Positions 42,500 to 56,724 of a DNA stretch of 64,000 nucleotides are shown here, in pieces (the stretch's first letter is position 1; each line of letters opens with the position of its first letter). The notes under the pieces were generated by a model. That model made no database searches. It was not told the origin of the DNA and saw only the letters and a program-made list of their open reading frames with translations. The position numbers and the translations under genes were made by a program. The DNA comes from Octopus bimaculoides (lineage: Eukaryota), in contig NC_068984.1 of the NCBI RefSeq assembly GCF_001194135.2, positions 21,785,771 through 21,849,770 of the forward strand, in the 5' to 3' direction.

Positions 42500-43659
42500 T
42501 TGTAATTGTATATTTGCCTGTGTTTAGGTTAGCTTTGTTGTAAATGTCCCTTTATAACTCGTAACCAAATGGGTCTACAAACAGAACTGAACGGATTAAA
42601 TGCTAGCCTGAAATATGCAATGTGGGCGATTGATCGACTAAAAAACCTTGAAAGTGTTGCCCCAGAATGGCTGTAGGCGACTGACTAAATCGGGTAAATT
42701 AGATAAATATTTCAAACAAATAAATGAATAACTATATAACGGCCTAGCGGTAACGTGTGCCAAATGAGCAAGCAGCAGTAGAAGCGGATAATTGATGAGG
42801 GCTTTGTCAGAGTGCATTGCTGCGCTGAAATCTTCACAAGGCAAATTATTAAGAGATATGCAGAGAAGCGTTAACACACACCACAACACCTAATAAAACG
42901 AGAGAGAGAGAGAGAGAAAGAAAGAGAGAGAGAGATAGAAGAGAGAGAGAGATATAGAAGAGAGAGAGGGTGGGGAAAAATGGAAGATCACAGCTCCGAG
43001 CAGAAATATTATCTGAAGCAGATTCCATAAATCTGAGCTAGAGTAATTTAATTTTTTTTTCATTATTATTATTTTAATAGTAAACAGACATACTGGCATG
43101 TCCAAAGTTTGGCCTTTCATACACGATTTATTTCCTGTATGAGTTGGTTGATATATAAAGAGAAATAAGCATCAGAGCTACATTGGCTTGTGACTACATT
43201 AAATTATTGAGCGAATTGAATAAAATATAAAAGAACTTCCTTTTTACTTTGCATCTAGAAATGCAATGAATTATATAGAACTTTTGAAAATAGCTGCCAT
43301 ATTTGATAGAAAAATAAAGGTAGAAATAAATAAAATATCATGACGCATTTAGCGAATATGATATTCAAAGTATGAAATAAAATTAATCTGAAGGTGTTCT
43401 TATAAACAGTTGTTAAATAAGTTGAGAAGATATATAAAAGCTAGTCTATAGTCCAACTTTACTGACAGAAATGAAACAGGAAACTATATGTTTAGAAAAT
43501 CAGACAAGTTCTACTGCAGAAATGTTAAGGTCGACTAATGATTTTAGCTTGAGTTTAGTATATATACATTCTCGTTATATACACATTATATATACATACA
43601 TGTTGTTATTAATTGCTTACAGTGTAATTTTTTCTGTAATTTACTACTGTGAGTATCGT

Positions 43660-44045
43660 TGTTGTTGTTGGCACTCCGTCGCTTACGACGTCGAGGGTTC
43701 CAGTTGATCCGATCAACGGAACAGCCTGCTCGTGAAATTAACGTGCAAGTGGCTGAGCACTCCACAGATACGTGTACCCTTAACGTAGTTCTCGGGGATA
43801 TTCAGCGTGACACAGTGTGACACGGCTGACTCTTTGAATTACAGGTACAACAGAAATAGGAAGTAAGAGTGAGAGAAAGTTGTGGTGGAAGAGTACAGCA
43901 GGGTTCGCCACCATCCCCTGCCGGAGCCTCGTGGGACTTTAGGTGTTTTCTCTCAATAAACACTCACAACGCCCGGTCTGGGAATCGAAACCGTGATCAT
44001 ATGACCGCGAGTCCGCTGTCCTAATAACTGGGCCATTGCGCCTCC
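43660..44045 (-). mobile_element. tRNA-derived SINE (family 1), full length
   Basis: Reverse complement of 20331-20728; 14-bp TSD actgtgagtatcgt (43646-43659 / 44046-44059). Confidence 0.9.
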
Positions 44046-44284
44046 ACTGTGAGTATCGTCGGTTGGCAAAAAAGGTACCTGACTAACTAGGCTCATGTTC
44101 TGGTCTTGATATGTTGTTACTTTGTCAATTTATATATGTAATTAATGATCTTACGAAAGACATGAATACCAAAACCTCAATTTATTTATTTCATCAAAGT
44201 TGGTAAATGTAAATATATTTATTATCGGATACTCTTTATATAAAACTTACTTTTCTCTCGCTTTTCTTTGCACTTGAAAAAAAA

Positions 44285-44710
44285 AAAATGAGATTGGAGA
44301 GGATAAAGAAGAAATGCCTCTTCCAGCAAATTTGTTGAAAGGTGAATGAGAATGGCGACTATGGCCTGGAAGAACGGACTTCTTTGTAGATTGAAGAAGG
44401 ACCGTTAGGAGAAGGCACTTGCCTTAGATGTCAAGGTGACCGCGGATTTGTGGGGTTTTCTCGAGTAATCCCATTTCTAGGGATTTTTGTTCGACTAATT
44501 TTGGCGTTTGCTATTTCTTTTTTTTTATAACACGCTTTTCATGTATTTACACATTGTATCCGGCTGTACCGTCCTTGATCTTTTCGTCAATCCTTGCCTA
44601 ACAAAGATATCAACTTCATCGACACTATTATTATTGAAGATTTAGCTGTTTGATTCAGTTCTCAACCGCTTTCAGCAATAAACCTTTACGTCAAGATGAT
44701 TCTTTGACCG
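44285..44710 (+). mobile_element. Probable L1/Tx1-type LINE 3' end (ORF2 terminus plus UTR ending in AATAAA)
   Basis: Short ORF end RLERIKKKCLFQQIC followed by a T-rich UTR and aataaa at about 44680; family recognised only from memory. Confidence 0.35.
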
Positions 44711-46039
44711 CGATGCAAAATAAAAAGCGTTTTCTTCTCATGTAATGCCAGAATCTGGACAAGACATTGTAAAAGGAAGGTGATTACTTTTTCATATTTC
44801 TTTGTATAGCTTTCTCCATTAGTCTCTACACTTTTCTGTGTTATTCAAGATGAGCAGGCATCTACTTGCTTCGGTCAGAATGGCTTTGATCATAGATCTG
44901 CTCGATCAGAGCTGGCTACCGGTTAAACAGTTGCATAAATTATTAGTACATAATATATTGTCTATAACTTTGGAATATATGAACACGATTCAATTCTACT
45001 GTGTGGTATCTGGGACAAGTGTCTTCTACCATCAGCCCCAGGTCAGTCAGACCTTTGTGAATAAAATTGGGCCAACAAAAACCATGTGGAAGGCTGATAT
45101 GTAGACAGTAATTCAATGACCAGCTTCGTCATGTACAGTGTTACGATGATCTTGGCCGAAGATTACGTTAAGACTATACATGACTATTGAATACTCAGCC
45201 ACGTATACGATAATGCAAAGGATTTCAAACGATCAAACGCCTAGAATACCCGTAGTAAAAATCGATTGGGGATCCGTTTACCTTTTACTTTAATGTGTAG
45301 ACTAGGTCTCTAAAAATGTAACAAAGACAAGTACGTGAGAAGCTGCGCGAAACAGTGAAGGAAAGTATACAAACTTAAGACAAAGAAACTTTGGCTTCCC
45401 AATCAGTTAAGAGTTTTACTCTCTTGGTGTCTAGCACCAAAGAGAAGAAACTGTTTTGAAATACATTTATCAAACCAATAGAGAATATTCTGAGTTGATT
45501 ACAGTGCTTTAACAACTTTTTGATCTATGCAGGAGAAACTGCAGTGAAAAGCTTTTAAAAGTTCAAATAGCGTTCGGACATATTTGAACTGTTAGTTTAC
45601 ATTGTAAACACAACTGTGTGACAAAATAAATACATATTCAAGTAAAAACTAAAGCATTAAAAAGAAACCTGTTGTTGATCCATTTTTCAATAATTGAATG
45701 ATTGCTATCTTACTTGATGCAATGGGAAAATATCTTTTAAAATTTAATTACATTACTAATGTCACATGCTGAGGGAGTCTCGAGGTACTTTTGGAAATCA
45801 TTGTTGTCTTGACAACCTGTGCGCGTGGCTTGTGCATCTACACAGTGACATCTCTGTCATGAAGTTTAGCAAGAACTGGAAAAGGATAAGGATATGCTTT
45901 ATTGAGTTAAGCCTAATAAAAGCGATGCATTTCCTCAGTAACCATAGCACCTGCAAATATTCGTTAAATTAATATTAGTCCACGAGCTAATGTTTTCCAT
46001 CATCTCAATGCATACCTAATTTGAAAAATAAAAATTTCA

Positions 46040-46235
46040 AAGGTGGTGCGGTGGCAGAATCGTTAGCGAGTCAAAGAAAATGCTTAGCGGCATTTCCTCC
46101 GACTCTTTACGTTTTCTGTTCAAATTCCGCTAAAGTTGTCTTTGCTTTTCATCTTTTCAAGGTCGATAAAATAAGTACCATTCAAATATTGTGAGCGATA
46201 TAATCAACAAGCTTCCTACCATCAAAATTAGAAAA
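46040..46235 (+). mobile_element. SINE family 3
   Basis: ggcagaatcgttagc..gttcaaattccg..gtcgataaaataagtacc. Confidence 0.7.
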
Positions 46236-46693
46236 AAAATATTAATTAAAATTTCGGAGTCACCGCTACTTTGTCATAACAAGATTTAATTAACATTAAT
46301 CACTGAACCTAATTTTTATATATGCTGATTGCTACAATAATTTCAAATTATTAAATTTTTTTTTGACCAACTAAATTAACAAACTTAACGCTCTCTGATG
46401 AATATGGTGCTACTAGATAATTCATACCAGTCATTATTTTTCGATAAAAAGTGGACTAACGGGTGAGATAAAAGGTATATTAACCGACGAACATCTATCA
46501 GATTTGTTAGTTTATATTGAGCAAAAACTGATAAAAGTGAAATTGTTATCAAAGAAAAAGGAAATAATAAATTGAAATATATATTCGATTTAATTTAATT
46601 TAATTTAGTTACACGCACATAAGCATATGTATATATATGTCTGTCTATCTGTATGTCTAAATAATTATATATACATATATTCATATATATTTG

Positions 46694-46742
<49 letters not shown>

Positions 46743-46775
46743 ATAAATAATTATATATATATATATATATATATT

Positions 46776-46812
<37 letters not shown>

Positions 46813-48127
46813 ATGTGTATATATGTACAAATAATTATATATATATATATATATATACACATACATAATGCATACATACAGACGTATGTATGTATATTTA
46901 TATATGGCATGTACAAATTCTTGTTTCTATACATGCAGCANNNNNNNNNNNNNNNNNNNNNNNNNNNNNNNNNNNNNNNNNNNNNNNNNNNNNNNNNNNN
47001 NNNNNNNNNNNNNNNNNNNNNNNNNNNNNNNNNNNNNNNNNNNNNNNNNNNNNNNNNNNNNNNNNNNNNNNNNNNNNNNNNNNNNNNNNNNNNNNNNNNN
47101 NNNNNNNNNNNNNNNNNNNNNNNNNNNNNNNNNNNNNNNNNNNNNNNNNNNNNNNNNNNNNNNNNNNNNNNNNNNNNNNNNNNNNNNNNNNNNNNNNNNN
47201 NNNNNNNNNNNNNNNNNNNNNNNNNNNNNNNNNNNNNNNNNNNNNNNNNNNNNNNNNNNNNNNNNNNNNNNNNNNNNNNNNNNNNNNNNNNNNNNNNNNN
47301 NNNNNNNNNNNNNNTATATATATATATGAGGTGGATAGGTAGGTCGGTTAAAAGAAAATTGTAGCTGGCATACACTTCAACACGTGTGCTTCAATTTTAA
47401 TGTCGTGTAACTAGATGTACTTACGGAGGTTGAATTTGGCTGACGCTCGAATTTATATAAACATCATAAAAGTCCTGACATCGAGGCTATTGTTTTCGAT
47501 TGGCTCCTAATAATTTGTACACGAATCGAAACTAAGAAGAAATAAAATGATTTGAACAGAGAACATTTTGAAATTGATAATCTTGTGGTCGGTGGGATTT
47601 CACATACTATCTTAAATAGAATGGGATGCTATTACACACACACACACAAATATATATTGTATAGATTTGAATGCAATAAGACTATTACGTAAAATAATTG
47701 ACCAAGTGGTCATGATAGCAAACCGGATGTTAGTTGTCTGTATCGTCACCACTATCGCCACCACACCACATTGCAACAACAAATACCACCACCACCACCA
47801 CCACCACCACCACCACCACCGCCAATGCCATCACAATCGCCATTGCAACCGTCACCGCCACCATCACCAGCAACAAAACACTTCTACCACCATTTTCAGC
47901 ATCTCCTTCAGTTGCCCCTCTTATTGCTACAGCTTCTCTCGAGCCAATGCGGGAGCTTATGTGGGATTGCTCGACCTTTTAGAAACAGCAGTTAAATCTC
48001 CATCAGATCACACTCTATCATTTTAGAAATGGGAACAATACACAGCATAATGTAGTCCTACGCAGCTTTTAAAGGAATGTTTGGTCATTGTTGCAATGGC
48101 TTGATCATAGATGTACACAGTCAGAAT

Positions 48128-48695
48128 GTGTGTGTTGGCACTCCGTCGCTTACGACGACGAGGGTTCCAGTTGATCCGATCAACGGAACAGCCTGCTCGT
48201 GAAATTAACGTGCAAGTGGCTGAGCACTCTACAGACACGTGTACCCTTAACGTAGTTCTCGGGGATATTCAGCGTGACACAGTGTGACAAGGCTGACCCT
48301 TTGAATTACAGGCACAACAGAAACAAGAAGTAAGAATGAGAGAAAGTTGTGGTGAAAGAGTACAGCAGGGTTCGCCACCATCCCTTGCCGGAGCCTCGTG
48401 GAGCTTNNNNNNNNNNGACACGTGTACCCTTAACGTAGTTCTCGGGGATATTCAGCGTGACACAGTGTGACAAGGCTGACCCTTTGAATTACAGGCACAA
48501 CAGAAACAAGAAGTAAGAATGAGAGAAAGTTGTGGTGAAAGAGTACAGCAGGGTTCGCCACCATCCCTTGCCGGAGCCTCGTGGAGCTTTAGGTGTTTTC
48601 GCTCAATAAACACTCACAACCCCAAGTCTGGGAATCGAAACCGCGATCCTATGACCGCGAGTCCGCTGCCTTAACCTCTGGGCCATTGCGCCTCC
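48128..48695 (-). mobile_element. tRNA-derived SINE (family 1) with internal gap-associated duplication
   Basis: Same family; 13-bp TSD acacagtcagaat (48115-48127 / 48696-48708); about 170 bp repeated on either side of a 10-N gap. Confidence 0.88.
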
Positions 48696-48759
48696 ACACA
48701 GTCAGAATAAACCTTGCACTAAACAACAACGCTTTCTATTACAGGGAAAAAACCTGAAA

Positions 48760-48900
48760 TAATTTTGCTGGTCGATTATATTGACCCCAGTGTTCAATTG
48801 GTACTTATTTATTCGACCTTGAAAGGATGAAAGACAAAGTCGACACCGGCGGAATTTGACCTCAGAAGGTAAAGAAACGGAAGAAATGCTCCTATGTATA
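48760..48900 (-). mobile_element. SINE family 3 fragment
   Basis: ggtcgattatattgaccccagtg..aaaggatgaaagacaaagtcgac. Confidence 0.65.
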
Positions 48901-48999
48901 TTTCTCTACAGGCTAAACCCAATCCTGCCCCATTTATCAACCGCACACCTCATCTTGCTCTTCATAACTATATCTTCTGATGACTATCTTGTCCTACAA

Positions 49000-50000
49000 T
49001 GCCAGTGCTGTCGCCACCACGATCACCACATCGACAACCACTACCATCACCGCTACCATCATCACCACCACTACAACTACCAGCAATATCTCGCCACCGC
49101 CACCACCACAACTATCACTAGGACTATAATGTCTATCATCATCGTACTCACTACTACAACCATCGCACTACCACTATTACCACCATTACCACTACAGTCA
49201 AACCACCACTACCATCACTAACACTATCACGATAACAACAACGTCGATCAGCAACAGAACTAACAACGACAACATCACCACCAAGAGCACTACCACCACC
49301 ACCACCACCATCACCACCACCACCACCACCACCATCACCACCACCACCACCANNNNNNNNNNNNNNNNNNNNNNNNNNNNNNNNNNNNNNNNNNNNNNNN
49401 NNNNNNNNNNNNNNNNNNNNNNNNNNNNNNNNNNNNNNNNNNNNNNNNNNNNNNNNNNNNNNNNNNNNNNNNNNNNNNNNNNNNNNNNNNNNNNNNNNNN
49501 NNNNNNNNNNNNNNNNNNNNNNNNNNNNNNNNNNNNNNNNNNNNNNNNNNNNNNNNNNNNNNNNNNNNNNNNNNNNNNNNNNNNNNNNNNNNNNNNNNNN
49601 NNNNNNNNACCAGCAATATCTCGCCACCGCCACCACCACAACTATCACTAGGACTATAATGTCTATCATCATCGTACTCACTACTACAACCATCGCACTA
49701 CCACTATTACCACCATTACCACTACAGTCAAACCACCACTACCATCACTAACACTATCACGATAACAACAACGTCGATCAGCAACAGAACTAACAACGAC
49801 AACATCACCACCAAGAGCACTACCACCACCACCACCACCATCACCACCACCACCACCACCACCAACAACAAAAACACTGTGTCATCACGATTAGTAAAAG
49901 TAGGATGATGATTGTCAACGGTGCATACTCCTGTGGCTTCGTCGAAATAAACCACCACCATCAACATAATTATCATCATCGTCAACATCGTTACTTCAAA
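49000..50000. repeat. Degenerate (CAC/CAT/CAA)n trinucleotide low-complexity region; similar tracts at 8620-8900 and 47740-47880
   Basis: Direct reading; it produces poly-His/Thr/Val ORFs. Confidence 0.85.
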
Positions 50001-50804
50001 CATTATCATTAATCGTTACCATACGTCTCTGACTACCACGATCACCAGTTTGCTTCCTCACCGTTGAGATACAACCTCCGCCAACACCAGTAGCAACCAT
50101 AAAATTCTATCGCCATCACTACCCGGCTCGTCTTCCATTATCATCATCCTTGCTTTTAATTTGCTTAAATTCCTCTCTCGTCGTCTTCACCTCTTCTTCA
50201 TTTCATACCATTCGATGCTCCACGCCTCCTGCTGCTACATTAAACCCTCTTACGGCTGCTTGTCTTTCAAGTACCATTTCGGAAGTTCATTCGCTTCGGT
50301 GAATATTTTTTTCCAATTGTGTACTCATTAACTGAAGCCTTGTAAATTGAATTTCATCAGCTCTAATTAAAGAGCTATTCTTTCATAACACTTGTTGCCT
50401 CATTCTTCATCTATAAAATGACATCCCATTAAACTCTCAGTTCATAACATGACATTTCTTCCTCTTAGTTGCAGAACCTCTTCTCGCTCTAAACCTAATA
50501 TTACCTTCGTTTGATTAGTTACAGAGCAGGCATTTCCATCAAAGAATAAAACAAAACAAAACAAAATATACCTAAACGAAAACGGGTATAATTTAATTTT
50601 AATCCTTTTGAGAATCGAAACCGGGTTGTCTCACACCAACACTTTGTTGCTTACGTTTGACCCAACGTTACCCATTCCATTCTTTCCAGTGTTACCCATA
50701 CCGAAGTTCTCTGCCTGGTATGTGTTTGTGTGTGTGCATATAATATTGTGGAGTAAATAAACATAGATGTACACACACGCGCACACACACACGCACACAC
50801 ACAC

Positions 50805-50874
<70 letters not shown>

Positions 50875-52085
50875 GGAATCCAGAAATCCAAGTCCTTTAC
50901 CTCAAGATGTCAGATATTGGAAGAAAAATTTCTTCAATAGAAACTGAGTATAAAATAAGTGAAAAATGGGGTTTTGGTATCACACCAATTCCTTACTTTA
51001 CTTGTTTTACGGTCTCTCTCTCTCTCTCTCTTTTTCTTTCTCGATCTATGTATATATATATATCTTGCTTATATATGTAATGTGCGTAAATATAATCTTT
51101 AAAATGTTATGTAATCTTGATATATATTCAGGTGACAAAGAGAACGTAAATAGCGAAGGTGTAATTTTCATAAACTTGCTTCGTCGTAAAAGATTTATGC
51201 TAAGTTATTCCTAACGTTATAATCCGTAGAGAAGGAAAGTATTTAGCCAAAATCAAATTCTAAACGTATAACAAAGTAACTAAGATCATAGAATATTGAG
51301 CTAAAGGATTAAAAAATGGATACTTATAACTCCTGTTATTTCACCAGCTGCTGTGGATTAGCCCAGAAAACTTTGAACTGTTTCTATTTATAGGATACAA
51401 ATATCAAAAGAAATAAGGAAAAGCAAGATAAAATGATAGGGAAAAGAAATAAAATGGAATCCTTATTGCAAAAGAAAATGACAGTCGAGTGAGAATGAAG
51501 CAAACGAAAGAAGTGAAAGGAATAGATTGTCGGATGAAATGCAGTGAAGAGTAAACTGGATGATAGATTAATACATAAAGAAAAAGTGAAACAGCTTTGA
51601 TAAATCATTGTAACATGCTGAAATATTATCCTCGAAATACGAGGAGATAAAACGAAATAAAGAAGAATAGAGAGAAGTGACAAAGGAGAAAGGTTTGGTT
51701 ATCTGAATTGCTTACAACACCAATAAAACATACAGTCGAAAACTTCCCAAATGTTTGGTGAATAGCTATTCTAATACTATTGGCGATATACGAAGTGATT
51801 TATCAGGATTTAAATACCCAATAGGCAATGAGAAATATGAAACCATATTGTGTTCTGCTTGTTAGCATCCTTTGGATTATTTATCAACTTGATAAATTAT
51901 TCCTGAATAGTTATTCTAGTAATTCTGATTTATGTGATTGAAAATAAAAATATAAATTATTTTGATGTACATTAGTCTATTCCTGTGCTAAAGAAGAAGA
52001 AAAAAAAGACTAAAAGCATTCATCACTTTCTTTCAGTATTCTTTCAAGTTGGAAGGTAACAAATGGCACGAGGAGTGAACGAGCT

Positions 52086-52120
<35 letters not shown>

Positions 52121-52192
52121 NNNNNNNNNNNNNNNNNNNNNNNNNNNNNNNNNNNNNNNNNNNNNNNNNNNNNNNNNNNNNNNNNNNNNNNN

Positions 52193-52224
<32 letters not shown>

Positions 52225-52659
52225 ACAGAGAGAAGTTCAACTCTCAGGTATATGGTACGAAACATAAGTGTGAGTGATTGGTCAAACGTGGGTGTATTCA
52301 CCAAAGAGAGTGAGATTGACGAAAGGAGTGAGAGAAAGCATTTACTCAGAACGGAAGGTGATTATTGTCATATTTGATATACCACAAGTCTCATCACTTC
52401 CCTTGAGAAATTTCTCTATGATTTTCTAAATCATTAATTTCAATGGTTTTACATTTCATACTTATAACGCACACGTTCACGCGCATACATAATCATGCAC
52501 TTATATTAGTAGGTGAGATGTACATGAACCGAGACAGTCCAATGTTAGTCCACCTAAGCGAGATATTTAATCACTGACAATACACAGTATTGTTAGAATA
52601 TTCTCATACATTTTATAAACTTCAAGAGTTTTGTTAATTTTGGGAAAAGGAAAGGGTCA

Positions 52660-54158
52660 GATAAATTCATGGATGATACAGAGGTTTATGAGACAAATGA
52701 GAAACAGCTTGAAAGCCTTGTACATACTATACGTAATCTCTCAAATGACGTAGGTGTGGAATTTGGCATAGAAAAATGCGCTATATTGAAAATGAAACGA
52801 GGAAGATTTGAAAGAAGCCTGGGAATTGAAATGCCAAATGGGAGCGGTTGAGAAAGGACAGTCATATAAGGACTTCGGAAATCTGGAAGCAGACTAGATA
52901 AAAAAAAATGAAGAAATGAAACAAAATACCAGCAGGGAGTACACAAGGAGAGCAAGAAAGTTATTGCAGTCAAAACTGAATTCCAAAAATCTTATTGAAG
53001 CAATAAATTCATGTGTAGTAACCTTACTCTGATATGGAGTTGGAATTATAGATTGGACCAGAAACGATATAAAGAAACTTGTCAGAAAAACTAGGAAGTT
53101 GTTGACGATGTATGGAGCCCACCATCCGAAAGCTGATATCAACCGGCTGTAGTTGAGGAGAAATCAGGGTGGAAGAGGCTTGATAACAGTAGGAGACTGT
53201 GTACAAATGGAAAGTAAAAGTCTAGTAGAGTATTTACAGAGCAGCTTAGAAAAACTACTAAAGGTAGTTAATAAAGAATAGGTGATGAAATGCGTAATAG
53301 GAAAAAAGTATCAGAATAAAATGCAAAGAGAGCACGTCAGACAGATCGGAGAGAAACCTCTACATGGTCAATTTTGGAAAGCCACTGAAGACATATGAGG
53401 AATAAAATCTTAGGCTTGGTTGAAAAAGAGATAAAAACAAACAACTTGAGAAAAAATATATATGGTGAGAATATAACAGAAAAATGTAGAGCCTGTGGAG
53501 CTTGGAACGAGACAGTTGCACACATTGTGATAGAATGCCCCAAGTTGGCACAGAAAGAATATAAGAAATGGAAGCAATCCAGGTTGTAAAAGTTTTTACA
53601 CTGGAAACTGTGCCAAAAATTGGGATTTGAAGCTGGAAACACATGATACAATCATCGAGTCGAAAGAGCACTGGAGTTGGAGAAATGTAAGATTTTGTGG
53701 GACTGTCCAGTTCAAACGGACAAAAGGTTAGAAAATAATACACCAGACATAACGATTATACATAAGGAAAAGCGAAGTTGATTACTAATCGACCCATCAT
53801 GCCCGTTTGATTCCAGGATCGTAAAGAAAGAGGAAGAAAAAAGTGCATTCCCATAAAATTTGAAATAGGAAAAATTTGGAGCATGAGAACAGTAAAGGTC
53901 GTGCCTATATAATTGGTGCATGTGGAACAGAAAGTAAAGATGTAGACAAATGGCTGAAGGAGATTCAAATAGAATGCCCGCTAAAGCTCCTACATAATGT
54001 TTGGCTCTTAGGGACTGCAAGGATTACCAGGAGGGCTCTAAGCACTTGAAAGACTACTGAAAATTTGTGGACGCATGAGGTTACAGACAGTAACCCGCTA
54101 CCCACATAATTCCTACCAGGAATAAGACCTAACCTGAGCCAAGCTAAATAATAATAAT
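52660..54158 (+). mobile_element. R4/Dong-like (restriction-like endonuclease) non-LTR retrotransposon, 5'-truncated, with stops and frameshifts
   Basis: FMDD at about 52666-52677; FGIEKCA; GGRGL; CCHC knuckle CRACGAWNETVAHIVIEC (53485-53538); LHWKLC; PDITII..LLIDPSCPFD (from 53743); VPIIIGA; ends in (TAA)4. Confidence 0.85.
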
Positions 54159-54218
54159 GCTTTTGTTCTAAAAGAAAGAAGAAATCCAAATGTTGTATCA
54201 TATCAATAATGGTCATTT

Positions 54219-54700
54219 ATTCTTTTGCTCTTTTACTTGTTTCAGTCATTTGACTGAGGCCATGCTGGAGCACTACCTTAAAGGATGTTAGTCAAAGAAC
54301 CCCATGATTTATTGTTTGTAAGCTTAGTACTTATTCTATCGGTGTCTTTTGCCGAACTGCTATGCTACGGGGAACATAAACACACCAGCATCGGTTGTCA
54401 AGTGATGGGGGGGGGGACAAACACAGACAGACAGATGCACACATAAATACACACACACACGCACACACACACACACATATAATATAGGATAACATTTTCA
54501 AAATAATTTTATCAGTAGCCAGCATATAGTTGCTTATAGTGATGAATTATATGTGGTTATTGACGATTCAAAGTCTATTCTCGGTATATTTGGAATAGAA
54601 AAACTTTTATCTTTTGCCCTTATNNNNNNNNNNNNNNNNNNNNNNNNNNNNNNNNNNNNNNNNNNNNNNNNNNNNNNNNNNNNNNNNNNNNNNNNNNNNN

Positions 54701-54740
<40 letters not shown>

Positions 54741-54899
54741 GACGGGCTTCTTCAAGTTTCCGTCTACCAAATCCACTCAAAGGCTTTGGTCGGCTCGAGG
54801 CTATGGTAGAAGACACTTGCCCAAGGTGCCACGCAGTGGGACTGAACCCGGAATCATGTGGTTGGTAAGCAAACAACTTACCACACAGCCACACCTGCG
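54219..54899 (-). mobile_element. SINE family 2: tail 54219-54480, head 54740-54899, gap between
   Basis: Sequence similarity to 27558-27967. Confidence 0.75.
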
Positions 54900-55499
54900 T
54901 AGAGATATTATCATAGTATTTAATGGCTTTCGCGAACTTAGATAAGAATAATATGTAAGAAATGGTAGAAAAATACAATTAGAAAGCGAGAAATTAGAGA
55001 TAAAAGAAAAGAAACTATTTCATGAAGTATTTGAAAGACATGAAGAATCTTACGATGAAGAATCTTAAGATGAATGAGTTCGGTTTATGAAGAACCTTTG
55101 AAAGAGAAATGGAGACCTTTTGGCAGCTGTCCAACATCACATACTAAATGTAAACTCTGTGAAAGAAAATATCAGTCACCTACGCTACTCTAATAAATGC
55201 TGGCGAGAAAAGGCAAAATGTAAGTCACTGATTGCAAAATGGCAGCCTAAAAGGATGTCGAACTACCATGAAAAAATGTAATTCAACCATCGAGGGAATT
55301 TCTGTCGAAGAAACTTGCAAATATAGATTTCAAATCTCTTCGAAGGTGTCCCGCAGAAGATAAAAAAGACGAGAAGTATCAATGTGAATATCTCCATTCC
55401 GTAAATTGAAACTTTAAGAGCACACTTCAGAGGGGCAATACCAACTTCCTTTCTTTGAACAGGGAAAAAAAATCCTGAAACATGCATCACTTAAACCAA

Positions 55500-55990
55500 G
55501 AAAACATCACCGCACTATACACCCGCTAAACATGAATGACAGTCAGCTAAAAGCTTTACAGTCGCTCCAAATTCTGGCCCTTGCCATCAACAATGATTTC
55601 TCCTGGTGAAAGTATAATCTTAGCATGAGTAGGATCGCATCACAGAGACTGGTCCTTTTTGTCAGAGCCAGAAAATATGTCAGCTCATAAAGTTGAAGGG
55701 AAGCTCACAATAAAGTACTGCCATCATAGAGCAGAATCAAGAAGAGGTGTGCTCGATATATCGGCATTCACTTACTAACAGATATTTCGGCTTCTGGTCC
55801 ACTGGCATAGTGACTCCTTGCTCATTCTTTACTTTCACTACTGTAATGACCTTTGTTCCTCGTGTCTGGCTGGTCGTGTATGTCCACCAATCAGGCACCA
55901 CCGACAGTCCCTATCCCTATCTCTCTTCAACATGTTACGCACCAACCTCCGGCTTCGACTCTAAGCACTATGACCAATACTTCCATTTCA
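55500..55990 (+). mobile_element. CR1/Jockey-group LINE RT C-terminal fragment, highly decayed
   Basis: SLQILALAINNDFSW..IASQRLVLFVRARKY resembles the ILG....DLSW...ASQRLG.L.RA motif. Confidence 0.55.
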
Positions 55991-56679
55991 GAAAATCCAG
56001 ACAAGGAAGTGCCTTTTTAGAGATCCTTGACGAGCTAGACAAAGCAACCGAATATTTATCAAATTACGTGTTTCTCAATTTAAAACAACAAAAAAAGAAA
56101 AAACAATACATTAGCTGTACTAGTCTTTGAACCATTATGTTTTACGTAGCAGAAACTCAGTTATAATTACGATTATAACGCTCTTGATTATAGATTATTC
56201 GATCGGAACTAACCTAGATCTAAGTAACAATAACATGAAATGATGTTCCAGAGAAGGAAAATATAATTCTGGTAATGTATATAGTATCATACAGCATTTT
56301 TCAAACGTTTTTGACAATCGGTTTCCACTGTGTATATTCGTTTCGACTTTTTTCACAGCCCCCATAAACCAGATGTGACATGTTTCTACTTTAATAACAG
56401 AGGAATCACCATAGTTTTTCCACACCTGCCATCTCTGAAGAGCACGTTATATTACTTAACCGTGCTGTTATCTCATATCTGGTTATCAAATACCCAGTGC
56501 AAAACTGATTGGTTAGATTGGCTGAAATGAATCTATAATACTTCATACTTTGACTAATACTCCCATTCTATTGACAAATATACGAGTGCATATCATTTCT
56601 GACTACTGGATTCTTAGATTATATATACATGTCTGTGTGTGTGCGTGTGTGTATTTATATATGTATGTATGCATGTATG

Positions 56680-56724
<45 letters not shown>

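Noticed and set aside
47419-47430. GTAAGT donor-like site on minus as a candidate upstream tetraspanin exon
   Set aside because: The hexamer is frequent in AT-rich DNA, the exon side (TCC) is non-consensus, and there is no other support.
47667-48026. His/Pro/Thr-rich ORFs (also 48856-49221)
   Set aside because: (CAC)n trinucleotide low complexity, open in several frames, with no splice signals.
50150-50450. Coding-looking minus-strand stretch (LIRADEIQFTRLQLMSTQLEKIFTEANELPKWYLK..)
   Set aside because: Stops in all frames within about 40 codons and no recognisable motif; a translated search would be needed.
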